NCBI GenBank assembly: GCA_038224325.1
Contig: JBBRFL010000012.1
Span: forward strand, 10,249 to 74,248
Source: Thermoanaerobaculia bacterium
GTDB taxonomy: Bacteria; Acidobacteriota; Thermoanaerobaculia; UBA5066; Gp7-AA6
DNA length: 64,000 nt
Direction: 5' to 3'
The notes under the pieces are model-generated. The model was not told where the DNA came from. It worked only from the letters and a program-made list of their open reading frames with translations, and searched no databases. The position numbers and the translations under genes are program-made. Each line of letters starts with the position of its first letter. Position 1 is the stretch's first letter. This document shows, one piece after another, positions 11,897-20,548 of the stretch.

Positions 11897-12919
11897 TCAG
11901 CCTCCGCGCGTGTGCATCTCCAGGTGGGGATCTCGCCGCAGCTCGGTGATCGGGAAGAGCGGTGAGCGGTTGCGCAGTTCCAGGCGCTCCTCCGCGCCGC
12001 GATCGTCCCGTGCCGACCACCCGCGCGTGATCCGCTCCCGCAATTCCTCCGCCGAGGCTCCGGCGCGCAGCGGGCCGCGCAGGTCGACGCCGCGCGAGGC
12101 ATAGAGACACAGGTACCAGAGGCCGTCGGCCGTGAGTCGACTCCGGTCGCAGCTCCGGCAGAAGGGCGCCGTCGTCGAGGCGATGATCCCGAAGATCGTC
12201 CCGTCCGACAGGCGGAAGCGCTGCGCCGGCGCCGAGCCCCCGTCCGGCAGCGGCTCGGCCGCGCCGTAGCTCCGCGCGAGGATCTTCCGAATCTCGCTCC
12301 CCGGTACGACACGCTCGGGAGTCCAGTGGGTGGCGCCGCCCACGTCCATGTACTCGATGAACCGGACCTCCGCGCCCCAGCTCTTTCCCGCCTCGAGGAG
12401 GTCGGCGAGCTCGTCGTCGTTGGTCCCCCGGAGGACCACCGTGTCGATCTTGATCGAGTCGAAGCCGGCGCTCGCGGCCGACGCGATGCCCGCGAGCACC
12501 TTGTCGAGCGCGTCCGACCGGGTCAGCTCCCGGAATCGTTCCGGGCGCAGCGTGTCCAGGCTGACCGTGATTCGATCGAGCCCGGCTTCCCTCAGCGGAC
12601 GGGCCTGGTCGCTCAGCAGCACGCCGTTGGTCGTCATCGCGAGATCCCGGATTCGGGAAATGCCGGCCAGGATCCGCACGAGCTCGGGAAGGCCCTGGCG
12701 CACGAGCGGCTCTCCGCCCGTCAGCCGCACGCGATCGACGCCCGCCTCCGCGAAGATCTCCGCGAGAGTCCCGATCTCCTCGAAGCGCAGCAGGTCGTGG
12801 CGGGGCAGCCACGCGTACTCCGCCTCCGGCATGCAGTACGCGCACCGGAGGTTACAGCGGTCCGTGACCGAGAGGCGAAGGTTCCGGAGGGGTCGGCCCC
12901 GGGTGTCGAAGAGCTCCAT
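11897..12919 (-). CDS. moaA: GTP 3',8-cyclase
   Basis: LRLSVTDRCNLRCAYCMP, LTGGEP, FCRSCDRSRLTADG...LCL, C-terminal GG. Confidence 0.95.
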   Translation of the reverse strand: MELFDTRGRPLRNLRLSVTDRCNLRCAYCMPEAEYAWLPRHDLLRFEEIGTLAEIFAEAGVDRVRLTGGEPLVRQGLPELVRILAGISRIRDLAMTTNGVLLSDQARPLREAGLDRITVSLDTLRPERFRELTRSDALDKVLAGIASAASAGFDSIKIDTVVLRGTNDDELADLLEAGKSWGAEVRFIEYMDVGGATHWTPERVVPGSEIRKILARSYGAAEPLPDGGSAPAQRFRLSDGTIFGIIASTTAPFCRSCDRSRLTADGLWYLCLYASRGVDLRGPLRAGASAEELRERITRGWSARDDRGAEERLELRNRSPLFPITELRRDPHLEMHTRGG

Positions 12920-12926
12920 GCGTGGT

Positions 12927-12933
12927 TATATTA
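12927..12933. promoter_or_regulatory. Overlapping divergent -10 boxes for moaA and mog
   Basis: TATATT on + (12927-32, 6 nt before the mog GTG) and TAATAT on - (12933-28, 8 nt before the moaA ATG) in a 19-bp gap. Confidence 0.55.
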
Positions 12934-12938
12934 GCCGC

Positions 12939-13442
12939 GTGAGCATCCGGGTGGCCATCGTCACGGTCTCCGACGGCGCCGCGGCGGGGGCCCGGTCGGA
13001 TCGCGGCGGCCCCGCGTGCGAGGAGGCCCTGAGGGTCTCCGGCGTCGAGCACCGGGTGGTTTCGCGCGAGGTGATACCCGACGAGGCCAGGCAGGTGGCC
13101 CGGGCGGTGCGCGTCCGCGCCGACGCCGGCGACGCCGACCTGATCCTGCTGACCGGCGGGACGGGAGTGTCCCCCCGCGACCGGACCCCCGAGGGCGTCC
13201 GCGAGGTGATCGACTTCGAGGTTCCGGGTCTCGCGGAGAAGATGCGCTCGGAGACCTCCCGCGGCTTTCCCGCCGCGTACCTGTCCCGCCAGATCGTCGG
13301 AGTGCGCCGCCGGACCCTCGTGGTGGCGCTGCCCGGCTCGCCCCGCGGAGCGGCCGACTGCCTCGCCGCGATCCTCGGCCTCTTACCGCACGCGATTGCG
13401 CTCATCCAGGGCGCGCGCCCCGACCACCCCGACCCGGCGTGA
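12939..13442 (+). CDS. mog: Molybdopterin adenylyltransferase (Mog/MoaB family)
   Basis: IVTVSD, DRGGP, IPDE, LTGGTGVSPRDRTPE, LPGSP. Confidence 0.88.
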   Translation: MSIRVAIVTVSDGAAAGARSDRGGPACEEALRVSGVEHRVVSREVIPDEARQVARAVRVRADAGDADLILLTGGTGVSPRDRTPEGVREVIDFEVPGLAEKMRSETSRGFPAAYLSRQIVGVRRRTLVVALPGSPRGAADCLAAILGLLPHAIALIQGARPDHPDPA

Positions 13443-13476
13443 GCGGCCTCGCGCCGTGGAAGCAGCTCGTCAGGCG

Positions 13477-15153
13477 ATGAGCCCGGTCCGCGCCGGAATC
13501 GACGGGCTCCTCGAGAGCTCGTGGCCGATCGCCGGCAAGCGCATCGGCCTCATCAGCAACCCGTCGGGGGTGACCGGCTCCGGCGTCCCGACGTGGAAGG
13601 CGCTGCGCGGGGCGGCGAACTCTCGCCTCGTGCGGCTCTTCGGGCCCGAGCACGGGCTGCAGGGGGGAGCGGTGTACATGGAGGCGGTCGGCGCCTCGAT
13701 CCACGCGGCGTCGGGACTCCCGATCGTGTCGCTGTACGGAAGCTCCGCGGAGAGCCTCAAGCCGCGGCGCGAGGATTTCGCGGACCTGGAGGCGATCGTC
13801 TTCGACATCGCCGACGTCGGGAGCCGCTACTACACGTACATCTGGACGATGATGCTGGCGATGGAGGCCTGCGCGAGCGCGCGCCTGCGCTTCGTCGTGT
13901 GCGACCGGCCCAACCCGATCGGCGGCTCCGTCGAGGGAGCGCCCCAGTCGACCGGCTACCTGACTTTCGTGGGGCTCCACCCGATTCCCGTGCGCCACGG
14001 GATGACGGCCGGCGAGCTGGCGAGGCTCTTCGCCGCGGAGCGCAAGCTCGATCTCGACCTCGTCGTCTGCCCCGCCGCCGGTTGGGCGCGCGACATGCCG
14101 TTCGCTTCGACCGGCTTGCCCTGGGTCGCGCCTTCGCCCAACATGCCCTCGCCCGCGACGGCGCTGTTGTATCCGGGGATGTGCCTGCTCGAGGGCACGA
14201 ACCTCTCGGAGGGAAGGGGCACGACCCGCCCCTTCGAGCTCGTCGGCGCCCCGTGGCTCGAGTCGCAGACCCTGGCCGATTCCTTGAACGCCCTGGCGAT
14301 GCCCGGAGTCTCGTTCCTTCCCTCAGCGTTCCGTCCGATGTTCGACAAGCACTCCGGCAAGACCTGCGAGGGTGCGTTCCTCCGCGTGACCGACGCCGAG
14401 TCGTTCCGGCCGTTCCAGACGGGGCTCAAGATCATCGAGACCGCGCGGCGCCTGGCCCCCCTCGAGTTTCGATGGCGCGCCGAGCCGTACGAGTTCGATT
14501 CCCGGCCCGCGATCGATCTCCTGACGGGCTCTCCCCGCTTCCGGGAGACGCTCGAGCAGGGCGGGAGCCTCCGGGCGGAAATCGCGCGCCACTTCGACGC
14601 CGTCGCGCCGTTCCTGGAGCGGCGCGAGTCCTTCCTCATGTACCCGGACCGGCGGCCCGCCGCGGTCGCGTTCGTCGGCGGCCACGACTCCGGAAAGACC
14701 AGCGTGATCGTCGAGCTGGTGCCCCGCCTGGCGGCCCGGGGTCTCCGCGTCGGCACGATCAAGCACACGACGCGGGACGTGCCGGACGACACGCCGGGCA
14801 AGGACTCCCAGCGCCACGCCGCTGCCGGAGCGGCGGTGGGCGCGCTGGTCACGCCGGAGCGCACGACGGCCCGCCGGTTCGGCCCGGAGGAGCCGCTCGA
14901 GGCGGTGCTCCGCCGCGAATTCTCGGACTGCGACCTCGTCCTCGTGGAGGGTTATAAGTCCCTCCCGATTCCCCGCATCGAGGTGCTGCGGACCTCCGCC
15001 GCGCGCCCCGACGTCTTCGAGCCGGCCGCCCGCATATCGGATGGGCCCTTCACGGGTTCGGTTCCCACGCTGTCGTTCGGCGACTGGGACGCGATCGTCG
15101 CGACCGTCCTGCAGCTGGCCGGCCTCGACCGTTCGCCGGATCCGAAGAAGTGA
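13477..15153 (+). CDS. NamZ/DUF1343 exo-beta-N-acetylmuramidase fused to a C-terminal MobB domain
   Basis: FGPEHG, DIADVGSRYYTY, DRPNP, PSPNMP and EGTNLSEGRGTTRPFE, then in frame FVGGHDSGKT...VGTIKH...GKDS...DLVLVEGYK. Confidence 0.85.
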   Translation: MSPVRAGIDGLLESSWPIAGKRIGLISNPSGVTGSGVPTWKALRGAANSRLVRLFGPEHGLQGGAVYMEAVGASIHAASGLPIVSLYGSSAESLKPRREDFADLEAIVFDIADVGSRYYTYIWTMMLAMEACASARLRFVVCDRPNPIGGSVEGAPQSTGYLTFVGLHPIPVRHGMTAGELARLFAAERKLDLDLVVCPAAGWARDMPFASTGLPWVAPSPNMPSPATALLYPGMCLLEGTNLSEGRGTTRPFELVGAPWLESQTLADSLNALAMPGVSFLPSAFRPMFDKHSGKTCEGAFLRVTDAESFRPFQTGLKIIETARRLAPLEFRWRAEPYEFDSRPAIDLLTGSPRFRETLEQGGSLRAEIARHFDAVAPFLERRESFLMYPDRRPAAVAFVGGHDSGKTSVIVELVPRLAARGLRVGTIKHTTRDVPDDTPGKDSQRHAAAGAAVGALVTPERTTARRFGPEEPLEAVLRREFSDCDLVLVEGYKSLPIPRIEVLRTSAARPDVFEPAARISDGPFTGSVPTLSFGDWDAIVATVLQLAGLDRSPDPKK

Positions 15154-15806
15154 GGCCCGGGGGCGAGCCCTCCTTCGTCGTCTTCGACCTGGACGGCACG
15201 CTCATCGACGGCTACGCGGCGATCGGCGACGCTTTGGGCTTCGCGATGCGCCGCCTCGGCGTGCCGGAGCTCTCGCCCGAGCGGGTGCGCGCGATGGTCG
15301 GCCGCGGCCTGGAGACGCTCCTCGAAGACGCAGTCGGCGCGGAGCGCGCGGACGAGGGAGTGCGACTGTTTCGCGAGCGGTATCCGGAGGTGGCGGTCGA
15401 GAAGTCCCACCTCCTGCCCGATGTCGGGAGCGTGCTGGAGATTCTCGCGGGACGCGGCCACCCGATGGCGGTCGCTTCCAACAAGCCCGCCCGTTTCTCC
15501 CGGATGATCCTCGAGGCGAAGGGGATCGGCGGGCGGTTCCGCGCCGTCGGCGGTCCCGACGCGGAGACCCCGCCCAAGCCCGATCCCGCAATGCTCCGGA
15601 TGCTGATGTCCGGGGCCGGGCGCGCCGCGCAGGACACCCTCGTCGTCGGGGACATGGAGGTCGACTACGAGTTCGCGCGCGCCGCGGGATGCCGGGTCGC
15701 GTTGATTCCGGGAGGCTCCCGCTCGCGGAAGGATCTGGCCGCCCTGGAGGCCGACGCGCATCTGGATCGGATCGCCGATCTCCCGGAGTGGATCGCGCGC
15801 GCCTGA
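15150..15806 (+). CDS. HAD-family phosphatase (phosphoglycolate phosphatase-like)
   Basis: FDLDGTLID, ASNK, KPDP, VGD. Confidence 0.85.
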   Translation: MRPGGEPSFVVFDLDGTLIDGYAAIGDALGFAMRRLGVPELSPERVRAMVGRGLETLLEDAVGAERADEGVRLFRERYPEVAVEKSHLLPDVGSVLEILAGRGHPMAVASNKPARFSRMILEAKGIGGRFRAVGGPDAETPPKPDPAMLRMLMSGAGRAAQDTLVVGDMEVDYEFARAAGCRVALIPGGSRSRKDLAALEADAHLDRIADLPEWIARA

Positions 15807-15855
15807 ACGCCGAGTCGGCGCCGGGAGGCGCCCGGTCGGCTAGAATCCGGCCCTC

Positions 15856-16965
15856 ATGAACACGACGTTCGATTCGACCGGCGGGTGCGCGGGAGAAGTT
15901 CGCTTCTTCCTCCCGGGCCCCGTCTGGGTGCGCGAGGCCGTGCGCCAGGCGATGGCGCACGAGGCGATCGGGCACCGCGGGAAGGCGTTCGCCGACCTCT
16001 ATGGGCGCATCCTCCCGCGCCTGAAGCGGCTGTTCCGGACGGAGGGGTTCGCCTTCACTGCGACCTCCGCGGCGACCGGGCTGTGGGAGGCTGCGCTCGC
16101 GAACGTGGATCCCGAGCGCGTGCTGGCGATCACGTCGGGCGCGTTCTCCGAGCGGTGGGCCGCCTGCGCGCGAGACCTCCGCCTCGCGGTGGACGTCCTC
16201 GAGGCGCCTTGGGGGACCCCTGTCGATCCGGCGGAGGTGCGCCGCGCGCTCGGGAAGGCGCGGTACGACGCCGTCACCGTCGTCCACTCCGAGACCTCGA
16301 CCGGGACGCTCAACGATCTCGCCGCGATCGCGCGCGAGGTCCGCGAGGGATCCAACGCGTTCCTGCTCGCCGACGTCGTCACCTCGCTGGCGGGATCCCC
16401 CGTCGAGACCGACGCGTGGGGACTCGACTTCGCGCTCTCGGGGTCGCAGAAGGCGCTCGCGCTTCCGCCCGGTCTCTCCGTCGCATTCGCCTCGCAGCGC
16501 TACCTGCGGAGCGCGCGCGACCGGTCCCGCGCGCACTACCTGCGGCTCTCGGAAACGGAAGCGTTCGCTCAAAAGAACCAGACTCCCTACACGCCCTCGA
16601 CGCCGCATCTGTTCGCCCTGGACCTCCAGCTTGATCACGTGCTGGCGGAGACCCTCGAGGGCCGCTGGGCTCGCCACGAGGCGATGCGCGACCGGGTCCA
16701 AGTGTGGGCGGCCGAGAGGGGCTACTCCTACGCTCCTCCGGAGGGCGCCCGCTCCTGGACCGTCTCCTGCCTCAGGCCCCCGCCGGGCGTGTCCGCCGAG
16801 GCCCTCGTGGCGAAGGCGAAGGAGCGGGGGTTCACGATCGGCGGCGGTTACGGGCCGTGGAAGAGCGCCACCTTCCGCATCGGGCACATGGGGGACGTGG
16901 ACCTCGCCTCCCTCGACGCGCTGCTCTCCGTCCTCGACGTCTGCGCGCGGGAGGCCGCGGCGTGA
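15856..16965 (+). CDS. Class V PLP aminotransferase (serine-pyruvate/SerC-alternative type)
   Basis: LPGPV, HRG, VHSETSTG, SGSQKALALPPG, FRIGHMG. Confidence 0.88.
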   Translation: MNTTFDSTGGCAGEVRFFLPGPVWVREAVRQAMAHEAIGHRGKAFADLYGRILPRLKRLFRTEGFAFTATSAATGLWEAALANVDPERVLAITSGAFSERWAACARDLRLAVDVLEAPWGTPVDPAEVRRALGKARYDAVTVVHSETSTGTLNDLAAIAREVREGSNAFLLADVVTSLAGSPVETDAWGLDFALSGSQKALALPPGLSVAFASQRYLRSARDRSRAHYLRLSETEAFAQKNQTPYTPSTPHLFALDLQLDHVLAETLEGRWARHEAMRDRVQVWAAERGYSYAPPEGARSWTVSCLRPPPGVSAEALVAKAKERGFTIGGGYGPWKSATFRIGHMGDVDLASLDALLSVLDVCAREAAA

Positions 16966-18539
16966 GCCGGGTCCTGGTCGCCGAGAAGATCGCCGCGGCC
17001 GGGCTCGAAATGATCCGCAAGGCGGGGCACGAGGTCGTGGACCTCGCCGGCGCCTCCCGCGAGCGGCTCCTCGAGGCGCTGGCCGACGCCGATGCGCTCC
17101 TGGTCCGCAGCGCGACGAAGGTCGATGCGGCGTTGCTGGAGGCCGCGCCCCGCCTGACGGTCGTGGGCCGGGCGGGGGTCGGCGTGGACAACGTGGACGT
17201 GCCCGCTGCGTCCGCCCGCGGCGTGCTCGTGCTCAACTCACCCACGGGCAACGTCGTCTCGGCCGTCGAGCACACGTTCGCCGTGCTGCTCGCGTTGCTT
17301 CGCCGGGTGCCCGAGGCGGCGGCGTCGATGGCCGCGGGCCGCTGGGAGAAGTCGAAGTTCCTGGGGTCGGAGCTCGCGGGCAAGACCGTCGGCATCGTCG
17401 GCCTGGGACAGGTCGGGTCCCGCGTCGCCTCGCGGGCCCGCGCGTTCGAGGCCCGCGTGATCGCCCACGACCCCTTCCTTCCGCTCGAGAAGGCGCAGGA
17501 GATGGGCGTGCCCCTGGTGGCGCTCGACAGCCTCCTCGAGCAGTCGGACGTCGTGACGCTGCACTCGACGGCGTCGGAGAAGGGAAGGGCCCTGATCGGG
17601 AGGGACGAGATCGCCCGGATGCGGCCCGGCGCGGTGCTCGTCAACGTCGCACGCGGCAGCCTCGTGGATCGGGCTGCGCTGCACGAGGCGATCTCGCAGG
17701 GGCGGCTGGCCGGAGCGGCGCTCGACGTGTTCGATCCCGAGCCGCCCGACCCCGACGATCCGCTCCTGAAGCTGCCCAACGTCGTCGCGACCCCGCACCT
17801 CGGGGCCTCGACCGTGGAGGCCCAGGAGCGCGTCTCGATCCAGACGGTCGAGGCTCTCCTGGCGGCGCTCGCCGGGGCGCCGTACGTTCCCGCCGTGAAC
17901 CTGCCCTTCCGCGGGCCCAAGGATTCCGAGGGCGCCTCGGGATGGATGCGGCTGGCCGAGCGGACGGCGCACTTCCTGGCGGTCGTCGGCGGAGGGCGGT
18001 TCACCCGCCTCGCGGTGGAGACCTGGGGCCTGCCGGAGGACCTGCTCCGGCCCGTCGCTGTCGCCGCGGTGAAGGGCGCGCTCGAGACGCAGACGCCGGA
18101 GACCGTCAACTACGTCAACGCGCTGTACGTCGCGCAGGATCGCGGTCTCTCGGTCAGCGAGACGCGGCACGAGGATCCGGGGACCTACGCGCGGTCGCTG
18201 CGCGTCACGCTGACGGGCGCCGCGCGGTCCGGGAGCGCCGACGCCACCCTCTTCGCGGGACGCGACGCCCGAGTCGTGGCCGTGGACGGGCTGCCGCTCG
18301 AGTTCCGGCCGGAGGGAACCGTCGTCTTCCTTCGCAACCGGGATGTTCCGGGCGTCGTCGGAAGCGTGGGAACCATCCTCGGGGAAGCGGGAGTGAACAT
18401 CGCGAACTTCTCGCTCGCCCGCGGCCGCGGAGAGGAGGCCGCCGCCGTGATCGCCGTCGACTCCGCTCCGCCCCGGAGCGTGCTCGAGCGGCTGCAGCAG
18501 ACCCCCGCCGTGGAAGAGGTGCGCGTGGTGAGCTGGTGA
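16962..18539 (+). CDS. serA: D-3-phosphoglycerate dehydrogenase (long form with ACT domain)
   Basis: VRSATKV, GRAGVGVDN, GLGQVG, NVARG, TPHLGAST, C-terminal ACT domain (DVPGVVG...NIANF). Confidence 0.93.
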   Translation: MSRVLVAEKIAAAGLEMIRKAGHEVVDLAGASRERLLEALADADALLVRSATKVDAALLEAAPRLTVVGRAGVGVDNVDVPAASARGVLVLNSPTGNVVSAVEHTFAVLLALLRRVPEAAASMAAGRWEKSKFLGSELAGKTVGIVGLGQVGSRVASRARAFEARVIAHDPFLPLEKAQEMGVPLVALDSLLEQSDVVTLHSTASEKGRALIGRDEIARMRPGAVLVNVARGSLVDRAALHEAISQGRLAGAALDVFDPEPPDPDDPLLKLPNVVATPHLGASTVEAQERVSIQTVEALLAALAGAPYVPAVNLPFRGPKDSEGASGWMRLAERTAHFLAVVGGGRFTRLAVETWGLPEDLLRPVAVAAVKGALETQTPETVNYVNALYVAQDRGLSVSETRHEDPGTYARSLRVTLTGAARSGSADATLFAGRDARVVAVDGLPLEFRPEGTVVFLRNRDVPGVVGSVGTILGEAGVNIANFSLARGRGEEAAAVIAVDSAPPRSVLERLQQTPAVEEVRVVSW

Positions 18540-19600
18540 GCCGGACCCGCGTCGTCGTGCTGTTCGGCGGGCGCTCCGTCGAGCGCGAGGTGTCGCGGAT
18601 TTCGGCCCGGACGATCTGCGCGGCGCTCGATCCGTCGCGGTACGAGGTGATCCCGCTCGCCGTCGGGCGGGACGGAAGGTTTCTCGACGCGGCCGGGTCC
18701 GCGCGGCTCCTCGCGTCCGACCCCGTTCCGGAAAAATACCGGATCGCCGACACGGTCTCCGGCGCCGCGATCTTGCCGGCGGAAATCGCGCCCGGGAGAG
18801 CCGACATCGTGTTCCCGATCATCCACGGGACGACCGGCGAGGACGGCGCCCTGCAGGGATTCCTGGAGACGCTCGACGTCCCGTACGTCGGGGCGGGTGT
18901 CACGGCGTCGGCGGTCGGCATGGACAAGGCCGTTTTCAAGGCGATCCTGCGCGACGCCGGCATCCCGGTTCCCCGGGCGATGGTGCTGCGGGCGGCCGCC
19001 GACTCCGGCCGGGCGGCGGGCATGCCCCTCCCGGTGTTCGTCAAGCCCTCGTGCGGCGGATCCTCCGTGGGTGTGACGAAGGTCAAGCGCTCCGAGGATC
19101 TCGAGCCCGCGGTGGCGCTCGCCCTGCGCTACGACGAGCGCGTCCTCGTGGAGGAGGCCATCGACGCCCGCGAGCTCGAGTGCGCGGTTCTCGGCAACGA
19201 CGAGCCCGAGGCGTCAGTCCCGGGGGAGATCGTTCCGGGTCGCGAGTTCTACGACTACGACGACAAGTACCGGGACGACAAGGCGAAGCTCCTCATCCCG
19301 GCCGCGGTCGCGGGGGCCGTCGCGGCGGAGGCCCGGCGGCTCGCCGTCGCGGTCTTCCGGCTCTGTGGAGTCTCCGGGATGGCGCGCGTGGACTTCTTCC
19401 TGGAGCGGGGCACGGACCGCCTGCTCGTCAACGAGATCAACACCCTGCCCGGTTTCACGGCGATTTCTATGTACCCGAAGCTCTGGGAGGCGAGCGGGCT
19501 CCCGCTGCCGAAGCTCCTGGACGAGCTCATCCGGCTGGGGCTCGAGCGCCGGGAGAAGCGCCGTCGGCTGCTGACCGAGCCACCGGCCGAGCTGTCGTAG
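18536..19600 (+). CDS. ddl: D-alanine--D-alanine ligase
   Basis: FGGRSVEREVS, HGTTGEDG, MDK, GSSVG, FYDYDDKY, NEINTLPGFT. Confidence 0.94.
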   Translation: MSRTRVVVLFGGRSVEREVSRISARTICAALDPSRYEVIPLAVGRDGRFLDAAGSARLLASDPVPEKYRIADTVSGAAILPAEIAPGRADIVFPIIHGTTGEDGALQGFLETLDVPYVGAGVTASAVGMDKAVFKAILRDAGIPVPRAMVLRAAADSGRAAGMPLPVFVKPSCGGSSVGVTKVKRSEDLEPAVALALRYDERVLVEEAIDARELECAVLGNDEPEASVPGEIVPGREFYDYDDKYRDDKAKLLIPAAVAGAVAAEARRLAVAVFRLCGVSGMARVDFFLERGTDRLLVNEINTLPGFTAISMYPKLWEASGLPLPKLLDELIRLGLERREKRRRLLTEPPAELS

Positions 19601-19609
19601 ACCGAGGCT

Positions 19610-20548
19610 CTACTCCCCGTCGACTCCGGCCTCCGCGAGGACGAACGGAGGCGTCCGGGGCTCGCCGGGCAGGACCGAGGCCGCCCCGCCGCGGGTGAGC
19701 GCCCAGCGGTGCAGCCAGGTGATCCCGGCCGGACCGACGTACGCGTCCGGCGACTCGTAGGCTCCGTCCGCGAGCGCGTCGGCGAGCGCCACGAAGCGAT
19801 AGCCCCGGCGCCGCATCATGGCGGCGAGGTCTCCGAACCGGTCCGCGTTGAGGGCGTTGGCGTGGACGAGCAGGATCTGAGCAATCTCCCGGCGAAACAG
19901 CGCGCGGGACTGACGCTCGAAGTAGTCGAACTTCGCCTCCATGTACGGAACGTATGCGTCCGCGATCCGGGCCCGCGCCGCCGAGTCGCCGCGCGCGGCG
20001 GCGTTCGCGTATGCGCGCGCGAAGATCCAGTCCGAGTTGTCGTGCGTCACCGGCGCGATCGCGTATCCCCTCGCCGCGAGAAATCTCTCGAGAGATCCCT
20101 TCGCGTCGAGGTCGCGGCCGGTGTGCAGGAAGGGGTGCCGGAAGTACCGCAGCCGCCGCCCCCCCTCGGCGAGCAGGCGTGCCGTCACCTCCTCGCCCCG
20201 GACGACGTCGGCCTCGAATGCGGCCAGGTCCGTGCGGTGGAGGTCCGGATGGGAGAACGTGTGGTTTCCGAGGTCGAGGCCGGCGTCGAGCCAGCTCCGG
20301 AGCACGGCGATGCGCCGCGGGTCGCGGTCCCCCGAGACGAGGAGCTTGTCCTCGTTGACGAAGCCGATCGCCGGTACTCCCGCGGCGCGGATCGCCGCGA
20401 GGAGCCTGCCCGTCATCGTCTCGATCGCCGCCGTCCCCGCGCCGATCACGGAGACGCCGGGCAGGTCGTCGAACGTCACGGCGACCCGGCGGCCGACCGG
20501 CGGCCCGGCGAGGCACAGCAGGGCGAGCGCGAGAGCCGCGGGGCTCAG
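19610..20548 (-). CDS. Secreted polysaccharide deacetylase (CE4/NodB); probable CTG start
   Basis: VAVTFDDLP, GNHTFSH, YFRHPFL, ILLVHAN. The signal-like N-terminus begins at a CTG overlapping the upstream TGA. Confidence 0.8.
   Translation of the reverse strand: MSPAALALALLCLAGPPVGRRVAVTFDDLPGVSVIGAGTAAIETMTGRLLAAIRAAGVPAIGFVNEDKLLVSGDRDPRRIAVLRSWLDAGLDLGNHTFSHPDLHRTDLAAFEADVVRGEEVTARLLAEGGRRLRYFRHPFLHTGRDLDAKGSLERFLAARGYAIAPVTHDNSDWIFARAYANAAARGDSAARARIADAYVPYMEAKFDYFERQSRALFRREIAQILLVHANALNADRFGDLAAMMRRRGYRFVALADALADGAYESPDAYVGPAGITWLHRWALTRGGAASVLPGEPRTPPFVLAEAGVDGE

Noticed and set aside
16631-19600. 989-aa ORF, and similar long extensions (19610..22153, 54458..57400, 3577..5640, 26869..28371)
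   Set aside because: The N-terminal parts are Arg/Pro/Gly-rich off-frame reads of neighbouring real genes, an artefact of stop-codon scarcity at high GC. The true starts are downstream.
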